A stretch of 46,628 nt of DNA from a virus. Where the stretch lies: the IMG/VR virus record IMGVR_UViG_3300012922_000002; one strand, given 5' to 3'. The position numbers were made by a program, and so were the translations under genes. Under the pieces are notes generated by a model. It saw only the letters and a list, made by a program, of their open reading frames with translations, did not search any database and was not told the origin of the DNA. Within the stretch, counting starts at the first letter, position 1; every line of letters starts with the position of its first letter. Below are positions 24,901 to 33,041 of this stretch, one piece after another.

Positions 24901-24962
24901 AAACCCGGGGGACCTTGGGTGAAGTCAGCGATAAGACTCGTTAGCGGCCAGTTGCGAGACAT
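21939..24962 (-). CDS. large minor tail protein with carbohydrate-binding-like domains (1007 aa)
   Basis: Immediately downstream of the tape measure gene. NLLSNSTFESGISPWTGAGG...HSGTFSGKM resembles a CBM4/9-type module. Confidence 0.8.
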   Translation of the reverse strand: MSRNWPLTSLIADFTQGPPGFPGGNAVSLLAGQTANRSISTTRGRQYELDQVQTGSLSANLTDQLEYLNPTNKGTFTNLLSNSTFESGISPWTGAGGTVSQSSTQKHSGTFSGKMIPNGSSSQDNFNSETLPVVGSNQVTVSAWVYFTNAVTNNFSLSVNFFDVTGAYITTLGAAVSVAAATWTQFTNTLTAPAAANTMAVVPVLSGTPAASQIWYLDDVSLINVTSTASPWNTGPNSLLPYRCVQYGAWWNPATKNIAGNLLNSTNYVPSSLTLTYDPSFETTVSGFFGLQGAPTITTSATQHFDGAKSMSVVFNTAGDLAVVPIYSSPNIQYTLSIYVFVAASHTVQVRWHNNPGGIGTTLATATSSTTGAWQRLTMTATPNTPITAIILTLASGTFASTVFFDAMQLEVGSSASAFTTSGPTYYPVYTGYIERYPQTWDSAGFRGIKPLECVDALSPLSRAVINQSYQQTVLADSPNVFIPYNDAALPQKVQLPLGGSPGTGTQLLGTNSGAVTFGGDSFLDGSNAVQLAQTNVNPPTSGNGNQVTWLSTYGYSTYLNPAAFTMEFWFKMIGSAGAGGAAVMQPGEVLGATSQTPQRAFGMYEYSPDTRMAWIWTDDTATIRINNTPLDANGNVIRPDGLWHYAVLQLGFPASVYSRRWSIDGSTLSSWGALFGAGNPPGQILNAFFVSASTYFGDIASNFSMANAGFYNGIQLSQTQINNHYQRGIGYFGELSGVRAARILNKYWSPNIITASGETQMSSDFHYDPIVSPGQQSSPMSVLSALQEVANTEGGLLWVDARGFINFDARDTRYLNAKTAQYVFGENAAGGELPYEEVDYDYDPTYVYSEADLTADSGVVYTSVNATSQTAYGQRILSQQMFMANDWDVQQAANFFTKRYAVPPGGNGSTAPLRINRLTINPGSNPNLWTAALSLDIGERITVTRRTAPGTIITGDYYIEQVSHSVDGSESSWTVSYQLSPVFNPVAWILGDSTYGVLGTTTVTVY

Positions 24963-27925
24963 TATGCACCCTTCACCGATAGTCCGTTCGAGGAATTACG
25001 TAGGTTATATCGGAGAGTTCCGGTTTGCAGCCATTGAGCTACATCTCGGGGGTTCATCTGAATAGTAACGTTGGCACCTGTATTAGCCGTGGTACGACCA
25101 GCAGCAGACAATAACGCCCCACCGGACAATGATCCATTAATAGTCAGCGGCTTACGCGAAGCTTGACCGGCAGCACCGAGCACCGAATCCACCATGTTCT
25201 GAGCGGCTTTAGCAGCGTGGTGTGCATCCGAATCTAAGCCGTTGACAAGACCCTCAACAAGACCCTGTCCCATTGCGTGCGTATGGCGAGAGGGTGAGTT
25301 GATACCAAGAGCGGACATGATTCCGTCCAGCAGCCCCTTGGCCATGTCCCGTGCTTTCTGACCGAGCCACCCGACCATAGAGCTAATACCATTCCACAAG
25401 CCTCGCAGCAAATCAGCGCCAGCATTATACAACCAATTACCAGACCCGTTAAAGAACCCGGTAACAGACTTCCAGACACCCTTGAACCAGTCCCACACAG
25501 CTTTCGCAGCGTTGACGATACCGTCTTTCAGACCGTTGATAATCGACTTACCATGTTCGAGGAGCCAGTTACCGGCTGAGTTAAAGAATGCTTTGATACG
25601 CCCGGGCAGCGCGTTCAGCCAAGCCCAGACATCTTTAGCCATCGAAACGATACCGTTTTTAAACCCGGTGATAAGAGAGCTACCTTCAGAATTGAGCCAG
25701 TTTCCTGCCGAGGTGAAAAAGCTAGCCAGGTTCCCGGGCAAATCATGGAACCAGCGCGTTACATTATTCCACAGACTCTTGATACCATTCCAAAGTCCTG
25801 TAATAATGTCCTTGCCTTTTTGGAGAAGCCATGTACCAGCGTTGCCGAGAGCAGTGGCAATCTTAGCAGGCAGCCCGATAAACCACTGGATCACGTTGTG
25901 AACACCGTTACCGATAGCCCCGCCGAACTGGATAGCCCACTTGATCGCAGTGCCCAGGGCGAAGCCCAGGGAATACCCGATCATATACGGGAGATCCTTG
26001 AAGAACTTCAGAACATTGTCCCAGAGCTTTTTGAAGAATCCAGGGATGCTATTCCACGTAGAGATAATCCAGTTGATAATGCCGCTGAATGTGGACGTGA
26101 TAAAATTGACAATATCCGAGATACGATCAGAAGTCCACTTCCAAACCGTGTTCCACAGATCCGCGAAAAAGTTAGAAACGTCAGTCCACCGATTTACGAT
26201 CCAATCGATAACCGTAGTGAACACAGACACTAGGAAATTGACGATGTCAGTGACTCGGTCCGAGGTCCATTTCCAGACTGTGTTCCAAAGCCAAGCGAAG
26301 AAATCGCCTACTTCTTTCAGGTGGGTAATAAGCTCATAGAGCCCAAACACCAGCGCTGCAATAACCACGATAATCGCCGCCACGATCCAAACAACTGGGT
26401 TAGCAGCGAGTCCCCACAAAGCCACACCTACCGCTGCGATAGCGACGATAAGACCGGCTGTGAGTACGATAATCAAAGCAATCATCGCTGCTTTGTGGTC
26501 GCTGATCCAGGTGATAGACTCTATAAACCATCCGGCGAGTTTGGTAAGAACCGGTAGAACAATCACACCGATCTTGATACCAAGGTTCTCAAGGCTGGCC
26601 ACGAGATCGTGCATCTTGAAAGCGAAGGTGCTCGATGCGTCTTTCCAGTTCTGCTCGAACTTGGTAATAGACGAATCGTTACCAATAGCGTCGTACTTCT
26701 CTTTAAGTCCGTCTAGGTTCTGCATAAGCGACATGATCGCTTTATCAGACCTACCGCCACCAAAGATCTTGGACAGGGTAGAGTCCGCCTCAGTGCCCGA
26801 GACGCCCGCTGCTTCCAGCGCGGTCTTTAGGTGATTCAGCGCAACATACAAACCATCAGGCTGCTTAAGGTCTGCTGCTAGTTGGTTGTTGGTTACGCCT
26901 GCCTTTTTCAGTGCAGCTTCCATCAGCGCACTAGAAGCGGTGACATCGCCAGAAGCTACGCCTAGGCCCTTAAGCAGACCAGCGGCTTGCTTAGAGGGGG
27001 TGGACATCATCACAAGACCCATGGTCATACGCGTAGCGGCTACCTCGGCAGAGTTACCACGGTCGGTGAGATAGGCGAGTCCAGCACCCATAGACTGGAT
27101 CGAGATGCCCATCTGCGCAGCAGTAGGAGTCCAGTTCTTGATAGATGCGTTGAAGTCCTGGAACCGCATATCGCCTTCACCAACGATAGCGTTAAGAAGA
27201 GCCATCGTAGGCTGAGCATCAGCTGCATTCTGGTTAAAAGCTTTCATCACCGATGACAAAGCGTACGTAGTGTCGTCGAGATTAGCCCCGGAGATAGCTG
27301 CCTCTTCGGCAGAATATCGAACCACGTTCAAAGCAGTGGCCATATCCAGGCCAGCAGAAATAGGATGGTACAAAGCCTCAGCCATCTTAGTGCCAGACTG
27401 GCCGACATCATCCGCGATCTTGAGTACAACGTCGTAGCTATCGAGCACAGCTTGTTTAGGAGCACCAGCGGCTGTGTACAGCCGAGTCATCTGCTTCTCA
27501 AACTCAGAAGCTAGATGGACAGACTCGCCGATAAGCAACCCGGAAACTACGCCGACACCTATCAGCCCTCTGCCGATAGCAGCAGCGGATACACCAGAAG
27601 TAGCAGCAGTGCCAGCCATAGCCACACCAACACGCTCAACAGAAGCCGCTGCTTTAGCGGACGCCGCTTCCATCTTAACAGCCATAGCAGCAGCATCAGC
27701 TGACATCTTGTCCATAGCCAACGCAGTGTCAATAGCCGCTGTATCAGCAGCGGAAGCTACCTTGGCCATAGACAATGCAGCGGCATCGTTCTGAACAATA
27801 AGCGCTTCGAACGCTACACCAATCTGCGCCATTTCCAGCTTGGCGGTAGTCATACCCGCTGCAAACTCGGTGGTGTTCGCGGTTAGTACAGCAACAACCG
27901 GGGGTAGAAATCCTCCATCGGACAT
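24962..27925 (-). CDS. tape measure protein (987 aa)
   Basis: Longest ORF in the tail module. Central TM segments and internal repeats (WNTVWKWTSDR..DIVNF twice; GNWL..G..II.GL repeats). Confidence 0.9.
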   Translation of the reverse strand: MSDGGFLPPVVAVLTANTTEFAAGMTTAKLEMAQIGVAFEALIVQNDAAALSMAKVASAADTAAIDTALAMDKMSADAAAMAVKMEAASAKAAASVERVGVAMAGTAATSGVSAAAIGRGLIGVGVVSGLLIGESVHLASEFEKQMTRLYTAAGAPKQAVLDSYDVVLKIADDVGQSGTKMAEALYHPISAGLDMATALNVVRYSAEEAAISGANLDDTTYALSSVMKAFNQNAADAQPTMALLNAIVGEGDMRFQDFNASIKNWTPTAAQMGISIQSMGAGLAYLTDRGNSAEVAATRMTMGLVMMSTPSKQAAGLLKGLGVASGDVTASSALMEAALKKAGVTNNQLAADLKQPDGLYVALNHLKTALEAAGVSGTEADSTLSKIFGGGRSDKAIMSLMQNLDGLKEKYDAIGNDSSITKFEQNWKDASSTFAFKMHDLVASLENLGIKIGVIVLPVLTKLAGWFIESITWISDHKAAMIALIIVLTAGLIVAIAAVGVALWGLAANPVVWIVAAIIVVIAALVFGLYELITHLKEVGDFFAWLWNTVWKWTSDRVTDIVNFLVSVFTTVIDWIVNRWTDVSNFFADLWNTVWKWTSDRISDIVNFITSTFSGIINWIISTWNSIPGFFKKLWDNVLKFFKDLPYMIGYSLGFALGTAIKWAIQFGGAIGNGVHNVIQWFIGLPAKIATALGNAGTWLLQKGKDIITGLWNGIKSLWNNVTRWFHDLPGNLASFFTSAGNWLNSEGSSLITGFKNGIVSMAKDVWAWLNALPGRIKAFFNSAGNWLLEHGKSIINGLKDGIVNAAKAVWDWFKGVWKSVTGFFNGSGNWLYNAGADLLRGLWNGISSMVGWLGQKARDMAKGLLDGIMSALGINSPSRHTHAMGQGLVEGLVNGLDSDAHHAAKAAQNMVDSVLGAAGQASRKPLTINGSLSGGALLSAAGRTTANTGANVTIQMNPRDVAQWLQTGTLRYNLRNSSNGLSVKGA

Positions 27926-27934
27926 AGCCGCCCC

Positions 27935-28354
27935 CTAGTCTTGCCATGCAGTGTAAAATATCAGAGCCATGTCATCTTTTGTATTGTCTAGCGCGGGTGA
28001 GAGATAAGGCCTCGCAGGGAGCCTTGCTCCGTTGCCTGCTGTGCCGCCTAGCTCCTGAATACGCGCGTAGGGGGTAGTACCGCCTACTCGTGCTTCGAAC
28101 CCGTCAGGGATCGGATGAGGCCCTTGAATCGACACTGATTCGCTGAGATCCCCTGAGATCTTCGCAGGGGGTTGCCCGGGAGCGGATGGAGTCGGCGTAC
28201 CCTTAGCGTGAGACTGATACGTCAACAGCCGCCGGGTCTCTTCCTGGAGCTTTTCCGCGCTGAGTTCTACTCCGATACGAGATCCAATAAGTTTCTTGGC
28301 AATCCAATCGGTTAAAGCAGACTCGAACTCGGACAACCCGACTAGCTCACTCAC
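27935..28354 (-). CDS. HK97 gp10-like tail/neck component (139 aa)
   Basis: PYARIQELGG...LPARPYLSPAL motif typical of the HK97 gp10 family. GTGA overlap with the upstream ORF. Confidence 0.7.
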   Translation of the reverse strand: MSELVGLSEFESALTDWIAKKLIGSRIGVELSAEKLQEETRRLLTYQSHAKGTPTPSAPGQPPAKISGDLSESVSIQGPHPIPDGFEARVGGTTPYARIQELGGTAGNGARLPARPYLSPALDNTKDDMALIFYTAWQD

Positions 28355-28566
28355 CGAGACCCCCTGTTAGCTCGTTCCTGGGCTTCGTTACGAACGCGGA
28401 CAGCCTCATTGTCAATCAATGGAATCCGGTTAAAAGATTCTAGTGGGATCTCGTCGACAACCTGGGGTGGCAAGTTGAACTTATCCAGCCACCACCAGTC
28501 GTCGAGTGCTTTATCCCACTTCTTTTGCTCTGCTGATTTAGCAGATCCTACATCGTTCCCTTCCAA
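28351..28566 (-). CDS. ORF in the -1 frame relative to the tail assembly chaperone (71 aa from TTG); possible frameshift extension
   Basis: TTG start without an RBS, 8 nt after the chaperone stop. The frame is open for only 8 codons upstream. Confidence 0.5.
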   Translation of the reverse strand: MEGNDVGSAKSAEQKKWDKALDDWWWLDKFNLPPQVVDEIPLESFNRIPLIDNEAVRVRNEAQERANRGSR

Positions 28567-28574
28567 CGCTACTT

Positions 28575-28961
28575 TTATGCGGTGGAGGGCACGGTAGGGG
28601 ATTCAAGATTCGGAGTCCCGTCTGAGTTCTCAGTGTCATCCGGGCTAGGAGCCTGCGGGCTGAACAGCTTAACCAAAGGCTCGATAGCTGCCTGAACCGC
28701 ATTCTCATCCAGAATTTCTAGCTCGTCGAGATTGTCGAGTTTGATCTGGGGGATATCAGCGCCCGGAAGATACGGAAGCTCCCAAGCGATGATAACCGTA
28801 GCCGCGATCAAGTCGGTCATACTGACCACGGTAGCCATACGGTGACCCTCTTCGGGGTCAGCAATCTGACGAAGAACCGCTTTACGATCCTTAGCACGAA
28901 GCTCAGAAGCTTCTTTAACCTCAACCCAACCGCCCGAAGGCAGCTCGTGACGAATAGACAT
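28575..28961 (-). CDS. tail assembly chaperone (128 aa)
   Basis: ELPSGGWVEVKEASELRAKDRKAV N-terminus typical of actinophage chaperones. Position between the major tail and tape measure genes. Confidence 0.7.
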   Translation of the reverse strand: MSIRHELPSGGWVEVKEASELRAKDRKAVLRQIADPEEGHRMATVVSMTDLIAATVIIAWELPYLPGADIPQIKLDNLDELEILDENAVQAAIEPLVKLFSPQAPSPDDTENSDGTPNLESPTVPSTA

Positions 28962-28981
28962 ATTAGCGCTCCTAGCTTAAC

Positions 28982-30214
28982 TTACAGGTACGTGTACGGA
29001 GGAACAGCGTTGGCAAGAGTCACCTTGATAGGCGAGTATCCACCAGACACGCCCGCGTCGGTAGTATTGGCAACCGCGTAGAACGTGGTGTCATACGCAA
29101 TCGCAGCCTTACCAAAGTTAGGCTTAGAAGTCTCATACGCAGCGTTCTGACAGTTGACCGTGATACTCGCCAGAGAAGTACCCGCGAGGGCGTTAGACAG
29201 CACTAGCTGGAGCTGAGGCTGAGTATTGCTAATCATCGTGGTAAACGGGGTCTCATCGATAGCGACAAACGACAGCTTGCCAGAAGCAGAGACTGCGCCA
29301 CGCTGGATAATATACGGACTCTGAGAGTTCTGAGTGGTGAAGATAGGCTCAAGCGCTCGCTTGATCATGAACTCCCCATCCATCACAGTCTTCACCTGCG
29401 TACCGCCGGAAGCAGGGCCAGCGATACCCAAGACACCACGCCAGGAGGCGACAGGAGTAACAGCAGACGGAGCGGAGACAGGAGTAACACCAGAGATAGC
29501 CGTAGGGTACGCGGAGCCTTTAGCGTCATAAGTCAGAAGCTGAGTCTCAGCGTTCCACTTCAATGTAACCTCGGAGAGACAGGCGCCCGCGAGAACACGG
29601 GTTCCGGTGCTAGCCGGGGGACCAAAGTTGTGAACAAGCGTGTGAGAGCCCGGCTGGCCATTGCCAGAGTTGAGCGTAGACATCACCGTGTTGAACGGAG
29701 CTACGACAACCTGAACAGATGCACCCGAAGAGTGCGACTTGGCAACCGGAGCGGTGAGGGTGACGTTCAAAGCAGCAATCGAAAGAACAGTCACATTCTC
29801 CAAAAGACCCGCAGTATCAAGCTGAAGAATCACGCCTGCCGAGATGCCCGTAGCCGAGGTGACCGGGACCACAGTAGAAACACCAGCGGTCAAAGCGCCC
29901 GTGGTCGTAGTCGGCGATCCAGACGGGGTACCGCCTGAATAAGCCACGTCGCCGAGGGTGTTAGCCAGAAGGAATCCGAGAGTATCCAGGAAAACCGGGC
30001 CAGACATCGAAAAGTCAGTCTTGATAACACCAGTCTGGCGGGCGTACGATTCGACCATGCTACCACGCATTGCCTTGTCATCGAGCCAGACAGGCTTATC
30101 CTCCCATTCGAACTTCTCGACAGGAATAGTCGAAGTGCCAGCGACAGCAGTACCCTGAGTAACTTCTTTACCGATCAGGATAAATTGCTTCGCGGACGCG
30201 AAAGTTGCTACCAT
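28982..30214 (-). CDS. major tail protein (410 aa)
   Basis: Position upstream of the chaperone. Thr/Ser/Gly/Val-rich beta-type composition. Confidence 0.7.
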   Translation of the reverse strand: MVATFASAKQFILIGKEVTQGTAVAGTSTIPVEKFEWEDKPVWLDDKAMRGSMVESYARQTGVIKTDFSMSGPVFLDTLGFLLANTLGDVAYSGGTPSGSPTTTTGALTAGVSTVVPVTSATGISAGVILQLDTAGLLENVTVLSIAALNVTLTAPVAKSHSSGASVQVVVAPFNTVMSTLNSGNGQPGSHTLVHNFGPPASTGTRVLAGACLSEVTLKWNAETQLLTYDAKGSAYPTAISGVTPVSAPSAVTPVASWRGVLGIAGPASGGTQVKTVMDGEFMIKRALEPIFTTQNSQSPYIIQRGAVSASGKLSFVAIDETPFTTMISNTQPQLQLVLSNALAGTSLASITVNCQNAAYETSKPNFGKAAIAYDTTFYAVANTTDAGVSGGYSPIKVTLANAVPPYTYL

Positions 30215-30217
30215 AGT

Positions 30218-30415
30218 TTACGCCCCCTTAGGGCTAGGGGCGCCTTTGCCGGACGCCTTGTCATTGAGCTTCAGTTCAAGCTGAGGTTTGTCTTCGACAA
30301 GTTCAAAATTCTGATCGAGTGGCGCTGGGAGTTCGTAAGTCTCACCAGGTTCAGCGAGTAAGCCGATCGTGGTATACACAATCCGCTGACTAGACGTGTA
30401 GCGGTACTTAGGCAT
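30218..30415 (-). CDS. hypothetical structural-module protein (65 aa)
   Basis: ORF track. Confidence 0.6.
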   Translation of the reverse strand: MPKYRYTSSQRIVYTTIGLLAEPGETYELPAPLDQNFELVEDKPQLELKLNDKASGKGAPSPKGA

Positions 30416-30725
30416 TCGGTTCTCCGAATCGGTTTATGAGCGCTCGGCGAGTAGCAAGTTCTACTTCATCCGGGCTCATGCCCCGGAACAAAGCGTAAGC
30501 TTTCCAGTCAGCAGCAGAAGCAGCGGTGTTAGGCTTTTTAACGTATCCAATGTGAGTGGTGTTCGGTGTTTCGTCTTGAACGAACACCTCTGGGATCGTG
30601 TGTACGTATTCGATCCACCCAGGTTCGTAAGGCTTGTTCACCCAATAAACAATATCCCCTTTGCGTACCGAATAACCGGTATATTCTATCGGGTTGTCTC
30701 CGGTGTATTGATAAGCCGTAGCCAC
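30408..30725 (-). CDS. head-tail joining module protein (105 aa)
   Basis: GTG 30725 with AGGAG 5 nt upstream (track start 30785 would overlap the upstream gene by 52 nt). Confidence 0.65.
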   Translation of the reverse strand: MATAYQYTGDNPIEYTGYSVRKGDIVYWVNKPYEPGWIEYVHTIPEVFVQDETPNTTHIGYVKKPNTAASAADWKAYALFRGMSPDEVELATRRALINRFGEPNA

Positions 30726-30733
30726 ATGCGCTC

Positions 30734-31261
30734 CTATGTGCTGTATTCGTATGATTCTAGTGCGAAATGGACTGCTGCCCAGCAAACCCAGGTGTTACCG
30801 TTGCCAGGGCGCACCGGGCGGCCCCGCTCGACATAAAGCTTGGATACAGCAGCCTGAATAATATCAAACTGAGGGAGTTGGGGTGGGTTCGGAGGAAGGG
30901 TCCCTAGCCGGGGATCTTCTCGTAGCCGGTACTTAACCGCGTCGATGATGTTGTCCATTAGCTGAGTAGCTCCAGTCACTTCTCCGGAAACATCCCAGCC
31001 CATAAGTTCTAGCGAGATTTGATACTTTACGATACGTTCCCCACCCGCGCCATCCATAGCTACGAACCGATCATCATCGGAATCAATATAAACGATCCCG
31101 ATACACGCCATCGTAGAGCCTGGAGCGAGTAAAGAATCATACGGAATGTCCGAAGTATCAAACGGAGGATCAGCGTATATCTTCACTAGGTTAGCAATAG
31201 CCGCTGCGTTTACGTAGCTGGATACCGCCGCACGAATAATCGTACTCGGAGTAGTGGCCAT
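30734..31261 (-). CDS. head-tail joining module protein (175 aa)
   Basis: ORF track. Position only. Confidence 0.7.
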   Translation of the reverse strand: MATTPSTIIRAAVSSYVNAAAIANLVKIYADPPFDTSDIPYDSLLAPGSTMACIGIVYIDSDDDRFVAMDGAGGERIVKYQISLELMGWDVSGEVTGATQLMDNIIDAVKYRLREDPRLGTLPPNPPQLPQFDIIQAAVSKLYVERGRPVRPGNGNTWVCWAAVHFALESYEYST

Positions 31262-32112
31262 TACGTAGCCAACCGCTCATATCGCTTCGCGAGGAGCAGT
31301 GCCTGATCCAGTTCTCGGCCGATTTCTTTCTTAGTAGGCTTATTCTCGGTGGGAACCTTGGCCATGACAAGGCCGGAGCCTTTGTGCTCTTTAATGTAGT
31401 GCGTGGTAGCGAGAATACACGCTTCTTTGATATCGTCGGGTACTTCGGAGACTCCCGCCTGAGCGGGCCAGCCTTCGATCAGGGCAGAAGTCAGCGTCAC
31501 CGAGCTGCCTGCTACCGACAAAGCGATATACGTATTCTGAACCGCGCCCGCTGAGAATCGGAGCTGAGTGCCGGGGACAATCCCTGTAGGGTTGTCCACT
31601 ACTACTACAGATTGCCCGATAGTTTGAGCACCGGTCAATCGAGTCGTAGCCCAACCCGCAGTAAACGTCCACTGGACGAACACAGATCCGGATGTAGGCT
31701 GGAACATCGCGGACAACCCACCACGCCATGCAACTCCGGTATTACTCAGCGCCACCCGGATTCGACTCTCTTCGAGAAACATCGAGAACGGAGCGGCCAT
31801 AATATTCAACGAACTCCACGTGTGTCCCCACGAGAAAGCGTCTAGAGACTTCACACGGTCTTGCTTAGCGTGGAGAAGCACATCAGGCCCGTTAACACGG
31901 GCGGTCTCGTTCTGGGATCCCTGGGTAGCATACAGCGGCTGACGAGCAACGCTGTCGATCCACCTAGAAGCACGAGCGATAAGTCCCGCTAGCTCCGCAT
32001 CCTGCGTAGCCTGATTACCCCCAGGAACCAGGTTATTAGTCTGGAGAGCGGTAGGGGCTGCCCGAAATTCTTCGACTGTGATATAAGATCCCGTCAAAAA
32101 GGGTGTGCTCAC
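31261..32112 (-). CDS. head-tail connector/adaptor candidate (283 aa)
   Basis: ORF track. Position only. Confidence 0.7.
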   Translation of the reverse strand: MSTPFLTGSYITVEEFRAAPTALQTNNLVPGGNQATQDAELAGLIARASRWIDSVARQPLYATQGSQNETARVNGPDVLLHAKQDRVKSLDAFSWGHTWSSLNIMAAPFSMFLEESRIRVALSNTGVAWRGGLSAMFQPTSGSVFVQWTFTAGWATTRLTGAQTIGQSVVVVDNPTGIVPGTQLRFSAGAVQNTYIALSVAGSSVTLTSALIEGWPAQAGVSEVPDDIKEACILATTHYIKEHKGSGLVMAKVPTENKPTKKEIGRELDQALLLAKRYERLAT

Positions 32113-32126
32113 AGCCCCTCCTTAAG

Positions 32127-32387
32127 TTAGAAAACGCCGACAACAGCGGTAGTACCGGCGCCGGTGGAGATAGCATACAAGCTCCCGGACAATCCAGTAA
32201 GTGGAAGGTTGGTGCCTGCTTTGACAATCACCCCGGTAGTCGTAGTGACATTGAGCGCACCGATAAACATATCCGTAGCGCCCGTATTAGAAACCACGAT
32301 GCCACGGCTATCGACAACCCCATAAGACAATCCGGGAGAGATCTGAACCGTTGTGGTACTCACAGTAGTAGCCTGGGTAGAAGCCAT
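32127..32387 (-). CDS. Thr/Gly/Val-rich structural protein (86 aa)
   Basis: ORF track. Confidence 0.65.
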   Translation of the reverse strand: MASTQATTVSTTTVQISPGLSYGVVDSRGIVVSNTGATDMFIGALNVTTTTGVIVKAGTNLPLTGLSGSLYAISTGAGTTAVVGVF

Positions 32388-32389
32388 TG

Positions 32390-32692
32390 TTAGCCCCTCG
32401 TGGTGTTAGTGCCAACCGCCGTGACTAGCAGAGCAGCAAGCGCAGGTTCAGTACCCGGGGCGACAGCCGCGATAACAGATCCAGCGGTAGCAGACAGCAA
32501 GAAATCCGGGAGAGCCGCCTTCTGAGCAGCAGACAAAGTAGAGTTGTAATAAGTGTCAAGAACAGCGAGAACGGCAAGCTGACCAGCGGGGGTGAGCTTC
32601 TGCCCACCACGAGCCTGGATAGTAAGCTGTTTCAAGTTGTCGTTGTATTCAAGCTGAAGGCCAAGAACCTGACCCTGAAGTTTCACAGGCAT
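32390..32692 (-). CDS. hypothetical structural-module protein (100 aa)
   Basis: ATG 32692 with a GGAGGA RBS and a TAATG overlap (the track start 32743 is upstream). Confidence 0.7.
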   Translation of the reverse strand: MPVKLQGQVLGLQLEYNDNLKQLTIQARGGQKLTPAGQLAVLAVLDTYYNSTLSAAQKAALPDFLLSATAGSVIAAVAPGTEPALAALLVTAVGTNTTRG

Positions 32693-32955
32693 TATTCCTC
32701 CGATTTGCACATGCCGCCACAACGGCCGCATGTAGTGAACCACCCCAAGAATCCGCAGTCTTCACACCGGCGGCCTGAACCTCCACCACCAGTGCCTAGC
32801 CCGGCGGGAGTGGCGCCGAACTCTCGGAGTGCTTTCTCGTCATGCGAGTCAGCGGGGGAAACAATCGTACCTTTATATCGCCGAGTAAAACCACCGGGAC
32901 GCTTAACGTCCGCTTCGATAACCTGATCACTCGGCATAAGAAGTCTATTGGTCAT
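32692..32955 (-). CDS. small protein with Gly-rich linker and C-terminal Cys cluster (87 aa)
   Basis: GLGTGGGGSGRRCEDCGFLGWFTTCGRCGGMC. AGGAG RBS upstream. Confidence 0.6.
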   Translation of the reverse strand: MTNRLLMPSDQVIEADVKRPGGFTRRYKGTIVSPADSHDEKALREFGATPAGLGTGGGGSGRRCEDCGFLGWFTTCGRCGGMCKSEE

Positions 32956-32973
32956 TGCGCGCTCCTAGTGTGT

Positions 32974-33016
32974 GACCTCAGGGGACCCGAGCGGAGCGCC
33001 CGGACCCGAGTCCCCT
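32974..33016 (-). terminator. long GC-rich stem-loop just downstream of the capsid gene (attenuator or stabiliser; no U tract)
   Basis: CTCAGGGGAC...GTCCCCTGAG 10-bp outer stem plus an inner helix. Confidence 0.45.
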
Positions 33017-33041
33017 GAGATACTGTTGACTAGCCTAAAGA

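Noticed and set aside
28575-28610. Search for a canonical XXXYYYZ slippery heptamer at the end of the tail chaperone gene.
   Set aside because: None is present in the 8-codon window where the -1 frame is open. Only a UCCCCU run exists (reported as a finding, not as a confirmed frameshift).
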